Origin: Christensenellales bacterium
GTDB taxonomy: Bacteria > Bacillota > Clostridia > Christensenellales > CAG-138
DNA: 64,000 nucleotides
Assembly: GCA_040767925.1 (NCBI GenBank)
Contig: JAXGNN010000001.1
Span: 1,240,285-1,304,284 of the forward strand
Direction: 5' to 3'
Every line of letters begins with the position of its first letter. Position 1 is the stretch's first letter. The translations under genes and the position numbers were made by a program. Below, piece by piece: positions 1 to 9,033 of this stretch. Below the pieces are notes generated by a model, which saw only the letters and a program-made list of their open reading frames with translations, was not told the DNA's origin and searched no databases.

Positions 1-1602
1 CGCGGGATCGTCCACGGCGCGCCACTCGAAGCCTTCCCAGCCGTAATCCCGCTCGTAGAGCGCGGGCTCTTTGCGATAGAAGGCGTTGAGCGCTTTGACG
101 AACTCCCGAAGCGCCGCGTGCTGCGGATAGCCGAGCAGCATCCAGTCGAGCGAGCGGCGGAAGTTCCACTCCGAGAACTGGCCGAACTCGCCCCCCATGA
201 ACAGGAGCTTCTTCCCCGGGTGCGCGTACTGGTACATATAAAGCAGGCGAAGCTGGGCGAACATCTCGTCGTAAGTGCCGGGGAAGCGGCCGATAAGCGA
301 GTTTTTGAGGTGCACGACCTCGTCGTGCGAGAGGGGCAGTATGTAATTCTCCGAAAACGCGTAGCACATGGAGAAGGTGAGCTTGTCGTGGTTGAACCTG
401 CGAAAGTGGCTGTCCATCTTGCAGTAGGAGAGCGTGTCGTTCATCCAGCCCATGTTCCACTTGAAGTTGAAGCCGAGGCCGCCGTCCTCCGGCGGGGCGG
501 TGACGAGCGGGAAGGCCGTGCTCTCCTCCGCGATGAGCAGCGCGCCGGGGCATTCCCGATTGACGGCATGCGCGAGCTCCCGGAAAAAGTCGATGGCGGC
601 GAGGTTTTCGTTGCCCCCGAAGCGGTTGGGCAGCCACTCGTCCTCCCGCCTGCCGTAATCGTAGTAGAGCATGCAGCTCACCGCGTCCACGCGCAAGCCG
701 TCGATGTGGTATTCCTTCAAAAGATACACGGCGTTGGAGATGAGGAAGCTCCTCACCTCGCTGCGCTCGAAATTGAAGAGCAGCGTGCCCCACTGGGGCT
801 GCTCCGCCCGCTTGGGGTCGGGATGCTCGTAGAGCGCGCTGCCGTCGAAGCGGCGAAGGCCGTGCGCGTCCTTTGTAAAATGCGCGGGCACCCAGTCGAC
901 GAACACGCCGACGCCCGCGCGGTGGCAGGCGTTGACGAGCGTTTTGAACTGTTCCGGCGTGCCGTAGCGCGAGGTGACGGAATAGTACCCCGTGACCTGA
1001 TAGCCCCAGCTGTCGTCGAGCGGATGCTCGCACACGGGCATGAGCTCGATGTGCGTGTAGCCCATATCCACGATGTAATCGACGAGCTCGGAGGCGAGGC
1101 GCTCGTAATCGAGTCCGGCCTTCCAAGAGCCGAGGTGCACCTCGTAGACGCTCATGGGCGCCTCGTACACGGGCCTGTCCGGGCGGCGGCGCTTTTCCAT
1201 GTGCACGTCGTCCGTCCAGGCGAAATCCGCGGCGTCCCAGACGACGGAGGCCGTCTCGGGGCGAAGCTGGCTGTAAAACGCAAAGGGGTCGGCCTTGTAG
1301 ATGAGCTCCCCTTTCCTTGTGACGATGGCGTATTTATAAAAGTCGCCGCGGCGGGCGATGCCCACGTGCGCCTGCCAGACGCCCGTCGTCCCGCAGGGCT
1401 TCATGGGGTCCGCGCGCAGGTTCCATCCGTTGAAGCTGCCCACCACGCTCACCGCCCGCGCGTCCGGCGCCCAGACGGCGAAGCGGAACGCCTCGTGCCC
1501 CTCGGGCATCGCGACGCGGTGGCAGCCGAGGGCGCGGTAAGCATAGGCGTTTTTGCCCGTGTTGAACAGATAAAGCTCGTTCTCGTCAAGGTATGCTTTC
1601 AT
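1..1602 (-). CDS. glgB: 1,4-alpha-glucan branching enzyme (3' end runs off the window)
   Basis: Minus-strand translation shows GH13 GlgB motifs VYEVHLGSWK, HIELMPVCEHPLDDSWGYQVTGYY and FKWNMGWMND. ATG at 1602 has a GGGAGGG RBS. Absent from the ORF track because no stop lies in the window. Confidence 0.93.
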   Translation of the reverse strand, partial: MKAYLDENELYLFNTGKNAYAYRALGCHRVAMPEGHEAFRFAVWAPDARAVSVVGSFNGWNLRADPMKPCGTTGVWQAHVGIARRGDFYKYAIVTRKGELIYKADPFAFYSQLRPETASVVWDAADFAWTDDVHMEKRRRPDRPVYEAPMSVYEVHLGSWKAGLDYERLASELVDYIVDMGYTHIELMPVCEHPLDDSWGYQVTGYYSVTSRYGTPEQFKTLVNACHRAGVGVFVDWVPAHFTKDAHGLRRFDGSALYEHPDPKRAEQPQWGTLLFNFERSEVRSFLISNAVYLLKEYHIDGLRVDAVSCMLYYDYGRREDEWLPNRFGGNENLAAIDFFRELAHAVNRECPGALLIAEESTAFPLVTAPPEDGGLGFNFKWNMGWMNDTLSYCKMDSHFRRFNHDKLTFSMCYAFSENYILPLSHDEVVHLKNSLIGRFPGTYDEMFAQLRLLYMYQYAHPGKKLLFMGGEFGQFSEWNFRRSLDWMLLGYPQHAALREFVKALNAFYRKEPALYERDYGWEGFEWRAVDDPA

Positions 1603-1673
1603 TTGCCCTCCCGGTCGCGCATCTGCCCGCATACTTATTTTAACTCAAACGGCGGATATTTGGTAGAAGAATC

Positions 1674-3095
1674 TTACGATCCTTCGCTTCGCCTCCCACA
1701 TGGAGACGCGGCCCGGCCCGCGCTCCTCCCCCCCTCCTCCGCCGCGAGCGCGGCCCGGGTGAGGCGCTCGAGCTCCCCGCCGCTCATGACGGTGGTCCGC
1801 CCCGTCAGGTAGAGCGCGTCGACGGCCTCCTTCACGCGCGCGACCACGGGCGATTTCTTGTCGAGCTTCAGGTTGAAACGGCGGTTGATCCAATAGGCGA
1901 TGCCCGCGAGCCCGCTGTGCGCGTCGACGAGCACCTCGTTTTCCCGCCCGAGGAGAGCGCGCGTATCGAACGCCGTGTAGATCCGCTCGTTCTTCAAAAG
2001 CCCGTCCGCGTGGATGCCCGCGCGCGTGGTGAGGCAGGAATCCCCGACGAAGGGCGTCTGCGGCGGGATGTCGTAGCCGATCTTTTCCCTGAAGTATTCC
2101 GCGATGCGCGTGATGGCGTTGAGGCGCATGCCGCCGTCCTGCCCGCGCAGCGCGCAGTATTCCATCGCCATCGCCTCGAGCGGCACGTTGCCCGCCCGCT
2201 CCCCGATGCCCAAAAGCGAGCAGTTGACGCTCGCCGCGCCGTACAGCCAGGCCGCGGAGGCGTTGACCACGCCCTTGTGGAAGTCGTTATGGCCGTGCCA
2301 CTCGAGCATGTCGCTCGAGATGCCCGCGTCGCGCCGCAGCGCGTGGAGGAGGCCCGGCACGCCGCGCGGCAGCGCCGCCTCGGGATAGGGCACGCCGAGG
2401 CCCAGCGTATCGCAGCAGCGGATCTTGACCGGAACGCCCGCCTCGTCCCCGAGGCGCCTGAGCGCCGAGGCGAAGGGGATCACGAAACCATAGATGTCCG
2501 CGCGGGTGATGTCCTCGAAATGGCAGCGCGGCCGTATCCCCCGCTCCAGCGCCATTTCCACCACAGAGAGGTATTTTTCCATCGCCCCGGCGCGCGTAAG
2601 CTTCATTTTATGGAAGATGTGGTAGTCCGAGCAGGAGACGAGTATGCCCGTTTCGCCGATCCCGAGCTGCCGCACGATCTCGAAATCCTCCTTCGCGGCG
2701 CGGATCCAGGTCGTGATCTCCGGAAAGGCGTAGCCGCGCGCGCGGCAGAGTTCGAGGGCCTTTCTGTCGCGCTCCGTGTAGACGAAAAACTCGCTCTGGC
2801 GGACGACGCCCCGCTCCCCGCCCAGCTCGTGCAGGAGATCGAACAAGCCCACGATCTGCTCGTGCGTGAACGGCGCGCGGGCCTGCTGCCCGTCGCGGAA
2901 TGTGGTGTCGGTGATGAAGATTTCCCCGGGCATGCGCATGGGGATGCCGCCGCCCCCGAAGGCGACCTTGGGCACCTGGTCGAACGCGTAGATTTCGGGA
3001 AACAGGTTCGCCTCGGGCGCGTCGCACAAGGTCGCGGCGCCCCCGGGCGTTTCGCGCAGCAGCCGGGTGTCCTCGTCGAATACGAGCGTGTTCAT
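1674..3095 (-). CDS. Re-citrate synthase (isopropylmalate/homocitrate synthase-like DRE-TIM enzyme)
   Basis: Motifs ITDTTFRDGQQ, SCSDYHIF, IRPRCHFEDITRAD, EWHGHNDF and RAGIHADG recall clostridial Re-citrate synthase. Start MNTLVFDE follows AGGAGG. Confidence 0.85.
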   Translation of the reverse strand: MNTLVFDEDTRLLRETPGGAATLCDAPEANLFPEIYAFDQVPKVAFGGGGIPMRMPGEIFITDTTFRDGQQARAPFTHEQIVGLFDLLHELGGERGVVRQSEFFVYTERDRKALELCRARGYAFPEITTWIRAAKEDFEIVRQLGIGETGILVSCSDYHIFHKMKLTRAGAMEKYLSVVEMALERGIRPRCHFEDITRADIYGFVIPFASALRRLGDEAGVPVKIRCCDTLGLGVPYPEAALPRGVPGLLHALRRDAGISSDMLEWHGHNDFHKGVVNASAAWLYGAASVNCSLLGIGERAGNVPLEAMAMEYCALRGQDGGMRLNAITRIAEYFREKIGYDIPPQTPFVGDSCLTTRAGIHADGLLKNERIYTAFDTRALLGRENEVLVDAHSGLAGIAYWINRRFNLKLDKKSPVVARVKEAVDALYLTGRTTVMSGGELERLTRAALAAEEGGRSAGRAASPCGRRSEGS

Positions 3096-3221
3096 CGGGT
3101 ACCTCCTGTTTTGTATCCTCGTATTATTGTATACATGTATACATTGTATTATATTCGGGAGCGCGCGTTTGTCAACCCCTGAAAGCGGCATATTGCGCGC
3201 GCAAAGGGAGGATGTTAAGAT

Positions 3222-4205
3222 ATGCGCATGAATAGATTGTTTTTCGGCGACTCTTTCGACCCGTGGCGCAACCTCTCGGCTGAGGAGGCGATGTTCGACG
3301 CCCCGGGAGACGCTATGACGCTTTACCTCTGGCAGAACGCGAACACGGTCGTGATCGGCAGGCACCAGAACGCGTGGAAGGAATGCCGCGCCTCCCTGCT
3401 CGAACAGGAGGGCGGCAGGCTCGCGCGGCGCACGACGGGCGGCGGCGCGGTCTATCACGATTTGGGCAACCTGAATTTCACATTCGTCTGCCCCCGGGAA
3501 GCCTACGACCTCGCGCGGCAGACCTCGGTCATCCTCGAGGCGGTGCGCGCGCTGGGCGTCCCCGCGCAGTTCACCGGGCGAAACGACCTCGTAACTTCCG
3601 AGGGCGCGAAATTCTCGGGCAACGCCTTTCGCATGACGAAAACCTCCGCCATGCAGCACGGCACGCTGCTCATCGACGTCGACATGGAAAAGCTTTCGCG
3701 CTACCTCGCGCCCTCGAAGGAAAAGCTGCGCGCCAAGGGCGTGGAGAGCGTGCGCGCGCGCGTGGTCAACCTCCGGGAATACGGGGAGCATATCACGGTC
3801 GATTCGGCGCGCGCGGCCGTAGCGCGGGCGTTCGCGGCGGAATACGGCGCGCATGAGACGCATCGCGTCGGCGACCTCGGCGAGGCGCGCATCGCCGCAT
3901 GCTATGAAAAGCACGCCTCGTGGGACTGGCGCATGGGCGCGACGCCGCAGTTCGACATAGAGCTCGAGACGCGCTTCCCCTGGGGCTCGATCGAGCTGCA
4001 GCTCGACGTGGACCGCGGCTTCGTCCGCCGCGCCGCCGTCTATTCGGACGCGATGGACGAGGCGTTCGTTTCGCGCATCGCACCGGCGCTCGCGGGCGCG
4101 CGGCTCGAGGGCAAAGAGCTTGCGGAACGCGTCAAAACGCTTGAAAACCAGAATATGGAACTCGCGTCGGATATTGGCTTTTGGATTGGCGGCTGCGCGT
4201 TCTGA
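3222..4205 (+). CDS. lplA: Lipoate-protein ligase A
   Basis: Motifs LWQNANTVVIGRHQN, RRTTGGGAVYHDLGNLNFTF, KFSGNAF and HGTLL. Confidence 0.93.
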   Translation: MRMNRLFFGDSFDPWRNLSAEEAMFDAPGDAMTLYLWQNANTVVIGRHQNAWKECRASLLEQEGGRLARRTTGGGAVYHDLGNLNFTFVCPREAYDLARQTSVILEAVRALGVPAQFTGRNDLVTSEGAKFSGNAFRMTKTSAMQHGTLLIDVDMEKLSRYLAPSKEKLRAKGVESVRARVVNLREYGEHITVDSARAAVARAFAAEYGAHETHRVGDLGEARIAACYEKHASWDWRMGATPQFDIELETRFPWGSIELQLDVDRGFVRRAAVYSDAMDEAFVSRIAPALAGARLEGKELAERVKTLENQNMELASDIGFWIGGCAF

Positions 4206-4269
4206 CGCGCCGCATATTGCTTCGCGCCACGGGCAAACTAAAGGCAGTCAATGAAAAGGAGGGTGCGAT

Positions 4270-4446
4270 ATGGCCGGATCCAAAGCAGGAACCCAAACCA
4301 TTGGCTGCCGCGTTTCCAGTTGTCGCTATCACAGCGAGGGGGACGGGTGTTCCCTTTCGAGGATCCAAGTGGAGCCTGTGCCGGGCTGCGACAACGGCAA
4401 GCCCGGTGACGAAAGCCTATGCGGAAGCTACAAATCTCACGACTGA
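4270..4446 (+). CDS. Small Cys-rich DUF1540-like protein (58 aa)
   Basis: AAGGAGGG RBS, then MAGSKAGTQTIGCRVSSCRYHSEGDGCSLSRIQVEPVPGCDNGKPGDESLCGSYKSHD. The CxVxxCxYH...C...IxV...CxSY pattern is typical of DUF1540. A terminator follows. Below the ORF-track length cutoff. Confidence 0.75.
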   Translation: MAGSKAGTQTIGCRVSSCRYHSEGDGCSLSRIQVEPVPGCDNGKPGDESLCGSYKSHD

Positions 4447-4452
4447 CGCGGT

Positions 4453-4483
4453 AAAAAAAGGAGGGCTGGTGCCCTCCTTTTTT
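4453..4483. terminator. Bidirectional intrinsic terminator
   Basis: AAAAAAAGGAGGGC-tggt-GCCCTCCTTTTTT hairpin with A and T tails. Confidence 0.8.
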
Positions 4484-4501
4484 ATTGGACGAACAGGTAA
4501 T

Positions 4502-4563
4502 AATAGTGAATAGTGAATAGTGAATAAGTGCCGGACGAAGGGATTCCGCGAGCGGAATCCCTT
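4502..4563. repeat. ATAGTGA heptamer tandem plus GGGATTCCGC-N-GCGGAATCCC hairpin (sister copy at about 49351-49450)
   Basis: Three tandem AATAGTG units. The hairpin acgaagggattccgc(g/a)agcggaatccc recurs at 49351. Confidence 0.7.
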
Positions 4564-4609
4564 GCGGTCGTTATTCACAATTTACTGTCGGTTGTTGGCC
4601 GAATGCCCG

Positions 4610-5494
4610 TCAATCGGGGATTGACAGGAATTCCACGGGCAGCATCGCGCGCACGGTGAGCAGCGGGTCGACGATCTGGCAGACCGCCACGTCGCACCTC
4701 ATCGAGAGCAGATGCCCCGCCTCGACGCGGTCCATGCCCCGCTCGAGCAGAAGCTCGTAGAGCGCCTGCACGGCGAGGTCCGTGGCCTCGTCGAGCGTTT
4801 TCGCGGAGGCGATCACCATGGCCCTGCCGCCCTCGACGAGGAGGGGGTGCGCGAGCTTCAGGCCCTTGACGGCGCTGACGCGGACGGTCACCTCCCCCGC
4901 CGTCTCAAGGCCGTAACCGAACACCTCGCCGTCTCCCATGAGCGCGTGGAGGTCGCCCATGCCGAGCAGCGCGCCTTCGCAGGCGACCGGGAAATAGATC
5001 GTCGCGCCCTCGACGATACGCGAGCAGTCCATATTGCCGCCGTGCGGCCCCGGGGTGACGGTGGGCACCGCCTCGCCCGCGGGCGCCACGCCGATGACGC
5101 CGATCATGGTCTCCACGGGGATTTTATGCCCCGCGATATGCACGAAGCCGTCGGGATACTCAAAGACGCGAATCGCGTATTCGCCGGGATATTTCTCGAA
5201 CGCGCCCTCGCCGAAATAGGTGCCCATGGCGCCCCAGCCGCGCGTCTTAATGGAGAGGACCTCCACCCTGAGCGCGTCGCCCGGCATCGCGCCCTCGACG
5301 AAGAGGGGCCCCGTCGCGGGGTTCGCCATGCGCTCGTCGTAGGAGCGCGCGCCCGCGCGCGAGACGGCGCCGTCGTAGCAGTCCATCGTTTCGAAAACGA
5401 CGGCGTCCCCGCTCGCGCAGCGCGCGGCGGGCGGGTTGTCTCGGGAGAGGGTATCCGTCTTTTGGGTCGAAGGGATTCTAAGCATGTTTTCCAA
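4610..5494 (-). CDS. Acetamidase/formamidase family protein
   Basis: Motifs NPATGPLFVEGAMPGDAL, PHGGNMDC and GDLHALMGDGEV. Confidence 0.88.
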   Translation of the reverse strand: MENMLRIPSTQKTDTLSRDNPPAARCASGDAVVFETMDCYDGAVSRAGARSYDERMANPATGPLFVEGAMPGDALRVEVLSIKTRGWGAMGTYFGEGAFEKYPGEYAIRVFEYPDGFVHIAGHKIPVETMIGVIGVAPAGEAVPTVTPGPHGGNMDCSRIVEGATIYFPVACEGALLGMGDLHALMGDGEVFGYGLETAGEVTVRVSAVKGLKLAHPLLVEGGRAMVIASAKTLDEATDLAVQALYELLLERGMDRVEAGHLLSMRCDVAVCQIVDPLLTVRAMLPVEFLSIPD

Positions 5495-6362
5495 CCTCCT
5501 TCTGATTCGCTCCGGCCGCGAAGCCGGAAGAGATCGCCCCGTGGGGGCAGACGTGTTTGCATTCGTTGCAGCGGATGCACTCGAGCCCGTCGAGGTCGTG
5601 CGGCGGATCGATGTTCATGGGGCATTTTTTCACGCACAGGCCGCAGCGGGTGCATTTATGCTCGTCGAACTTCATGCGGTAGAAGCTGACCCGGTTGAAA
5701 AAGGAATAAATCGCGCCCAAGGGGCAGAGGAACTTGCAGAAGGGGCGCGAAACGAACAGGCAGAGCAGCAAGATGAACAGAAGAAGCCCGGTCTTCCACG
5801 CGAAGAGCCCGCCCGTCGCCGCGCGCAAATCCCCGTTGGCGAGGACGAGGGGCACACCGCCCTCGAGCGTCCCCGCAGGGCAGATGAGCTTGCAGAACCA
5901 CGGCGTGCTCAGCCCGTACGCGTCCACGAGGAAGATAGGGAGCAGGATCACGAACACCGCCAGCACCGCGTATTTCAAATAGCGCAGCGCTGCATCCGTC
6001 CTCTTTGGGATGTGGAGCTTCTTCGTGCGCACGCGGTTCAATAAATCCTGTATGAAGCCGAACGGGCAGAGGAAGCCGCACACGAGCCTGCCGAAGACGG
6101 CGCCGAAGAAGATGAGAAGCCCCGCGGTATAGAACGCGAAGCCGTGCTTCCATCCGCCAAGTTGCGCCTGCAGCGCGCCGACGGGGCAGGCACCCACCGC
6201 TCCGGGGCAGGAATAGCAGTTGAGCCCGGGGACGCAGACGCTCTTGAGCTTGCCCGTATAGATGGCGCCCTGCGCGAAGTTCTCGAGGCGCGGGTTGGTG
6301 AAAAGCGCGAAGAGCGCCTGGATGACGTGGCGTTTTTTCAGGAAGTTCCAAACGCTTCTCAT
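5478..6362 (-). CDS. Membrane 4Fe-4S binding protein (NapH/FixG-like polyferredoxin)
   Basis: CVPGLNCYSCP, GRLVCGFLCPFG, FCKLICPAG, C-terminal CxxCxxCxxxCP ferredoxin motifs, and TM segments. Confidence 0.88.
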   Translation of the reverse strand: MRSVWNFLKKRHVIQALFALFTNPRLENFAQGAIYTGKLKSVCVPGLNCYSCPGAVGACPVGALQAQLGGWKHGFAFYTAGLLIFFGAVFGRLVCGFLCPFGFIQDLLNRVRTKKLHIPKRTDAALRYLKYAVLAVFVILLPIFLVDAYGLSTPWFCKLICPAGTLEGGVPLVLANGDLRAATGGLFAWKTGLLLFILLLCLFVSRPFCKFLCPLGAIYSFFNRVSFYRMKFDEHKCTRCGLCVKKCPMNIDPPHDLDGLECIRCNECKHVCPHGAISSGFAAGANQKEVGKHA

Positions 6363-6366
6363 GCGC

Positions 6367-6510
6367 TCACCCGATGCCGATGCACTCGAGGCAGATCATG
6401 ACGGCCTTCTTGAGCACGACGAGATACTCCCCGCGAAGGACGCCCACGGCGATGAACGCCGCCCCGAGCAGCAAAAGCGCGTATTTGAGATAAGGCCGAA
6501 GCGTTTTCAT
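6367..6510 (-). CDS. Small membrane CXXC protein (CD1871A-like, 47 aa)
   Basis: MKTLRPYLKYALLLLGAAFIAVGVLRGEYLVVLKKAVMICLECIGIG. The C-terminal CLECIGIG signature sits directly upstream of the 4Fe-4S gene, the usual context for this family. Confidence 0.8.
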   Translation of the reverse strand: MKTLRPYLKYALLLLGAAFIAVGVLRGEYLVVLKKAVMICLECIGIG

Positions 6511-6559
6511 ATTCGGATTATATCATCCCCCGGGCGCGCGTTCCAATACGCGCGCACAT

Positions 6560-7729
6560 TTATCGCAGCGCCGTCGCGCGCGCGGCCCGGCGCTGGGTAT
6601 GTTCGGTCGAAAAAACCAGGATGCCGAAGAGCAAAAGCAGATAGAACGGCCACGCCCCAAGGCCGATGGCCGGCGAGAGCCAGCCGAAGAGCGGGCAGAG
6701 CAGCGTGCCGCCCGCGTAGGCCGAGGCGAACTGCAGTCCCATGACGCCCTGCGAATGCTCCTCGCCGAAGAGCCGCGGCGTCTCGCCGAGGAGCGAGGGG
6801 AAGATGGGCGCGCAGCCGAGGCCGATGAGGCTGAGCGCGACGACCGGCACGTATCCGCCGGCGGGGAGCATGAGCGCCGCCGTGCCCGCGAGGATCAGCC
6901 CGAGGCCCGCGCGCACGAGCGTTTTGCCCGAAAGCTTCAGCGCGGCAAAACCGGAGAGAAACCGCCCCGCCGTGATGCCCAGATAATACATGGCGGCCCA
7001 GCTTGCCGCCGTGTCGGGCGAAACGCCCTTAACGTTCACGAAATAGCTGCTCGCCCAGAGCCCGGCCGTATACTCCGCGCCGCAGTAGGCGAAAAAGGAG
7101 AGGCAGGCGGTGGGTGCTCCGGGGAGCGCGAGAAGGCCGCGCATCGGCACGCGAGGGTGCTCCTTCGCCTCGCCCGCGGGCTTCGAAAACCGCCGCCAGA
7201 GCGGGAAGGAGGCGAACATGAGCGATGCGATGCACAAAAGGGCGAGCGACACCGCGCGGTACGCGCCGTGCCAGTTGAGCTTCGCGAGGTACAGCGACAT
7301 GACCATGGGCCCCGCCGTCGCGCCGATGCCCCAGAAGCAGTGGAGCCAGTTCATGTGGCTCGATTTATAGTGGAGCGCCACGAAGTTGTTGAGCGCCGAG
7401 TCCACCGTGCCCGCGCCGAAGCCGAGCGGCAGCGTCAGGAGCATCAGCGCCCAGAAGCGCGAGATGAAGCTGACGCTCATGAGGGCGACGGAGGTCATGA
7501 GGATGCTCGCCGCGGTGACGGCGGCCGTGCCGAAGCGGCGGATCAGCCGCTCGGAAAGAAGGCTCGAGGCGACCGTGCCCACCGCCCCCACGACGTTCAC
7601 CATACCCGCCACGGAGATGGGCACGCCGAGATCCACGTGGGCGACGGGCCAGGCGGAGCCGAGCAGGGAATCCGGAAGGCCCAGGCCGATGAATGCGATA
7701 TAGATGATGACGAGGAGCAGCGTCGCCAT
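6560..7729 (-). CDS. MFS transporter (fucose permease-like)
   Basis: About 12 hydrophobic segments; motifs LGLPDSLLGSAWP, GAGTVDSALNNFVA and NWLHCFWGIGA. Confidence 0.9.
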   Translation of the reverse strand: MATLLLVIIYIAFIGLGLPDSLLGSAWPVAHVDLGVPISVAGMVNVVGAVGTVASSLLSERLIRRFGTAAVTAASILMTSVALMSVSFISRFWALMLLTLPLGFGAGTVDSALNNFVALHYKSSHMNWLHCFWGIGATAGPMVMSLYLAKLNWHGAYRAVSLALLCIASLMFASFPLWRRFSKPAGEAKEHPRVPMRGLLALPGAPTACLSFFAYCGAEYTAGLWASSYFVNVKGVSPDTAASWAAMYYLGITAGRFLSGFAALKLSGKTLVRAGLGLILAGTAALMLPAGGYVPVVALSLIGLGCAPIFPSLLGETPRLFGEEHSQGVMGLQFASAYAGGTLLCPLFGWLSPAIGLGAWPFYLLLLFGILVFSTEHTQRRAARATALR

Positions 7730-7738
7730 ATTCAGCCC

Positions 7739-8389
7739 CTACGCGCCAAGAAGCGGAATCGCTTCATGGAGGGAGCCGACGAGCGCGAACAGCCCCTGAA
7801 GGTCGGTTTCGTCCGGCGCGCGCAGGTCGGGCACCATGACGGTCTTCATCCCCGCGGCTTTCGCCGCGGCGACGCCGCTTGGCGAATCCTCGAGCGCCAT
7901 GCAGCATGCGGGGGCGACGTCGAGCGCCCTCGCCGCCGCGAGGAAGATATCTGGCGCGGGCTTGCCGAGGGCGACGTCGTCCCCGCAGACGACGGCGTCG
8001 AACCGCCCGGAAAGGCCCGCCATCTCGAGGTTGCGCAAGATCCTTTTCATGGGGCTCGAGGAGGCGACGGCGCGCGGGAGGCGCGACTCGTCGAGCCTGT
8101 CGAGAAGCTCGAAAAGGCCGGGCTTCACGGGGGTGCCGCGGCGCGTCACATAGTCCTCGATATACGCGTCCATGCCCCGCATGGCCGCGGCGAAGTCGAG
8201 CCTGTCGCCGAACGCCCCGAAAAGCGCCTGCCGCGTGCTCTCGGTGTTGAGGCCGAGGAGCCGGAAAAACAGCGCCTCGTCGCCCGCAAGGCCCTGCTTT
8301 TCGAGGGCCTCCATCATGCCGAGGGCGGCCACGCGCTCCGTGTCGAACATGAGGCCGTCCATGTCGAAAATAACCGCTTTGATATCCAT
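7739..8389 (-). CDS. HAD-family phosphatase (beta-PGM-like)
   Basis: Motifs FDMDGLMFDTE, GKPAPDIF and LEDSPSG. Confidence 0.9.
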   Translation of the reverse strand: MDIKAVIFDMDGLMFDTERVAALGMMEALEKQGLAGDEALFFRLLGLNTESTRQALFGAFGDRLDFAAAMRGMDAYIEDYVTRRGTPVKPGLFELLDRLDESRLPRAVASSSPMKRILRNLEMAGLSGRFDAVVCGDDVALGKPAPDIFLAAARALDVAPACCMALEDSPSGVAAAKAAGMKTVMVPDLRAPDETDLQGLFALVGSLHEAIPLLGA

Positions 8390-8468
8390 ACGGATGATTA
8401 TACCGTAAAAATCCGCCCCGGGGAAGTTCTATTAAAAAAGCGGCGATCGCCGCTTTTTTAAAAATCCG

Positions 8469-8702
8469 TTATTCCGTCACGAGGTACGGCCTGAGCCGGT
8501 CGAAATCGGAGGGGTCGCTCACGACCAGCTCCACCGAGGAGATGCGCTCATCCTGGAACATCTGCGTGAGCGCGATGTACTGGCAAAGGGTCGACTTCAG
8601 GTTGAGCCTGTCCCCCTCCTGCGTGACGAGCTCCACGCGGCCCGGGCAGGCGTTGACCGCCGCGAAAAACTGCTTGGGTTCCGTGATGTTGACGATTTTC
8701 AT
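8469..8702 (-). CDS. Small conserved clostridial protein (possible HPr-like fold)
   Basis: 77 aa, with F..VN.C.G.V.L...EGD.LNLKS pattern; operon position. Confidence 0.6.
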   Translation of the reverse strand: MKIVNITEPKQFFAAVNACPGRVELVTQEGDRLNLKSTLCQYIALTQMFQDERISSVELVVSDPSDFDRLRPYLVTE

Positions 8703-8706
8703 CCGC

Positions 8707-9033
8707 TTACTCCCATTCTATGGCGCCCACCGAGGCGAGGTATTCCTCGGCGAAGTCCATGTAATCCTCCGTCAGGCGCATGGCGTACATCCTGTACTGC
8801 GCGAAGCGCCGCTGCATCCCCGCGAAGATGGCTTCATAGGCCGCGTCGTCGTCGTAGACCGCGCCGCTGTCCGCGCCGGACTCGCGCATGTACGCGTCGT
8901 CCAGCTCGAGCATAACGTCCACCATCTGGGGCAGTTCCCCTTCCTTGAGGAAGTCGTAATCCCCCTCGGCGACGAACTTGTCGAGGATATACTTTTTCAG
9001 TTCATTGACGTCCACATCGGCGTACATGATCAC
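8707..9033 (-). CDS. Hypothetical acidic protein
   Basis: Overlaps the pepF stop (ATGA-type coupling), host codon usage, AGGAG RBS. Confidence 0.7.
   Translation of the reverse strand: MIMYADVDVNELKKYILDKFVAEGDYDFLKEGELPQMVDVMLELDDAYMRESGADSGAVYDDDAAYEAIFAGMQRRFAQYRMYAMRLTEDYMDFAEEYLASVGAIEWE

Noticed and set aside
118-1812. 564-aa plus-strand ORF, and similar long ORFs at 1917-3182, 6599-8461, 9588-11087, 25087-26838, 30754-32562, 32896-35055 and 53791-55161
   Set aside because: Antisense or alternate-frame shadows of well-supported genes in high-GC DNA; no recognisable motifs.
4205-4450. Riboswitch or ncRNA downstream of lplA
   Set aside because: Better explained by a small DUF1540-like CDS with an RBS and a terminator.
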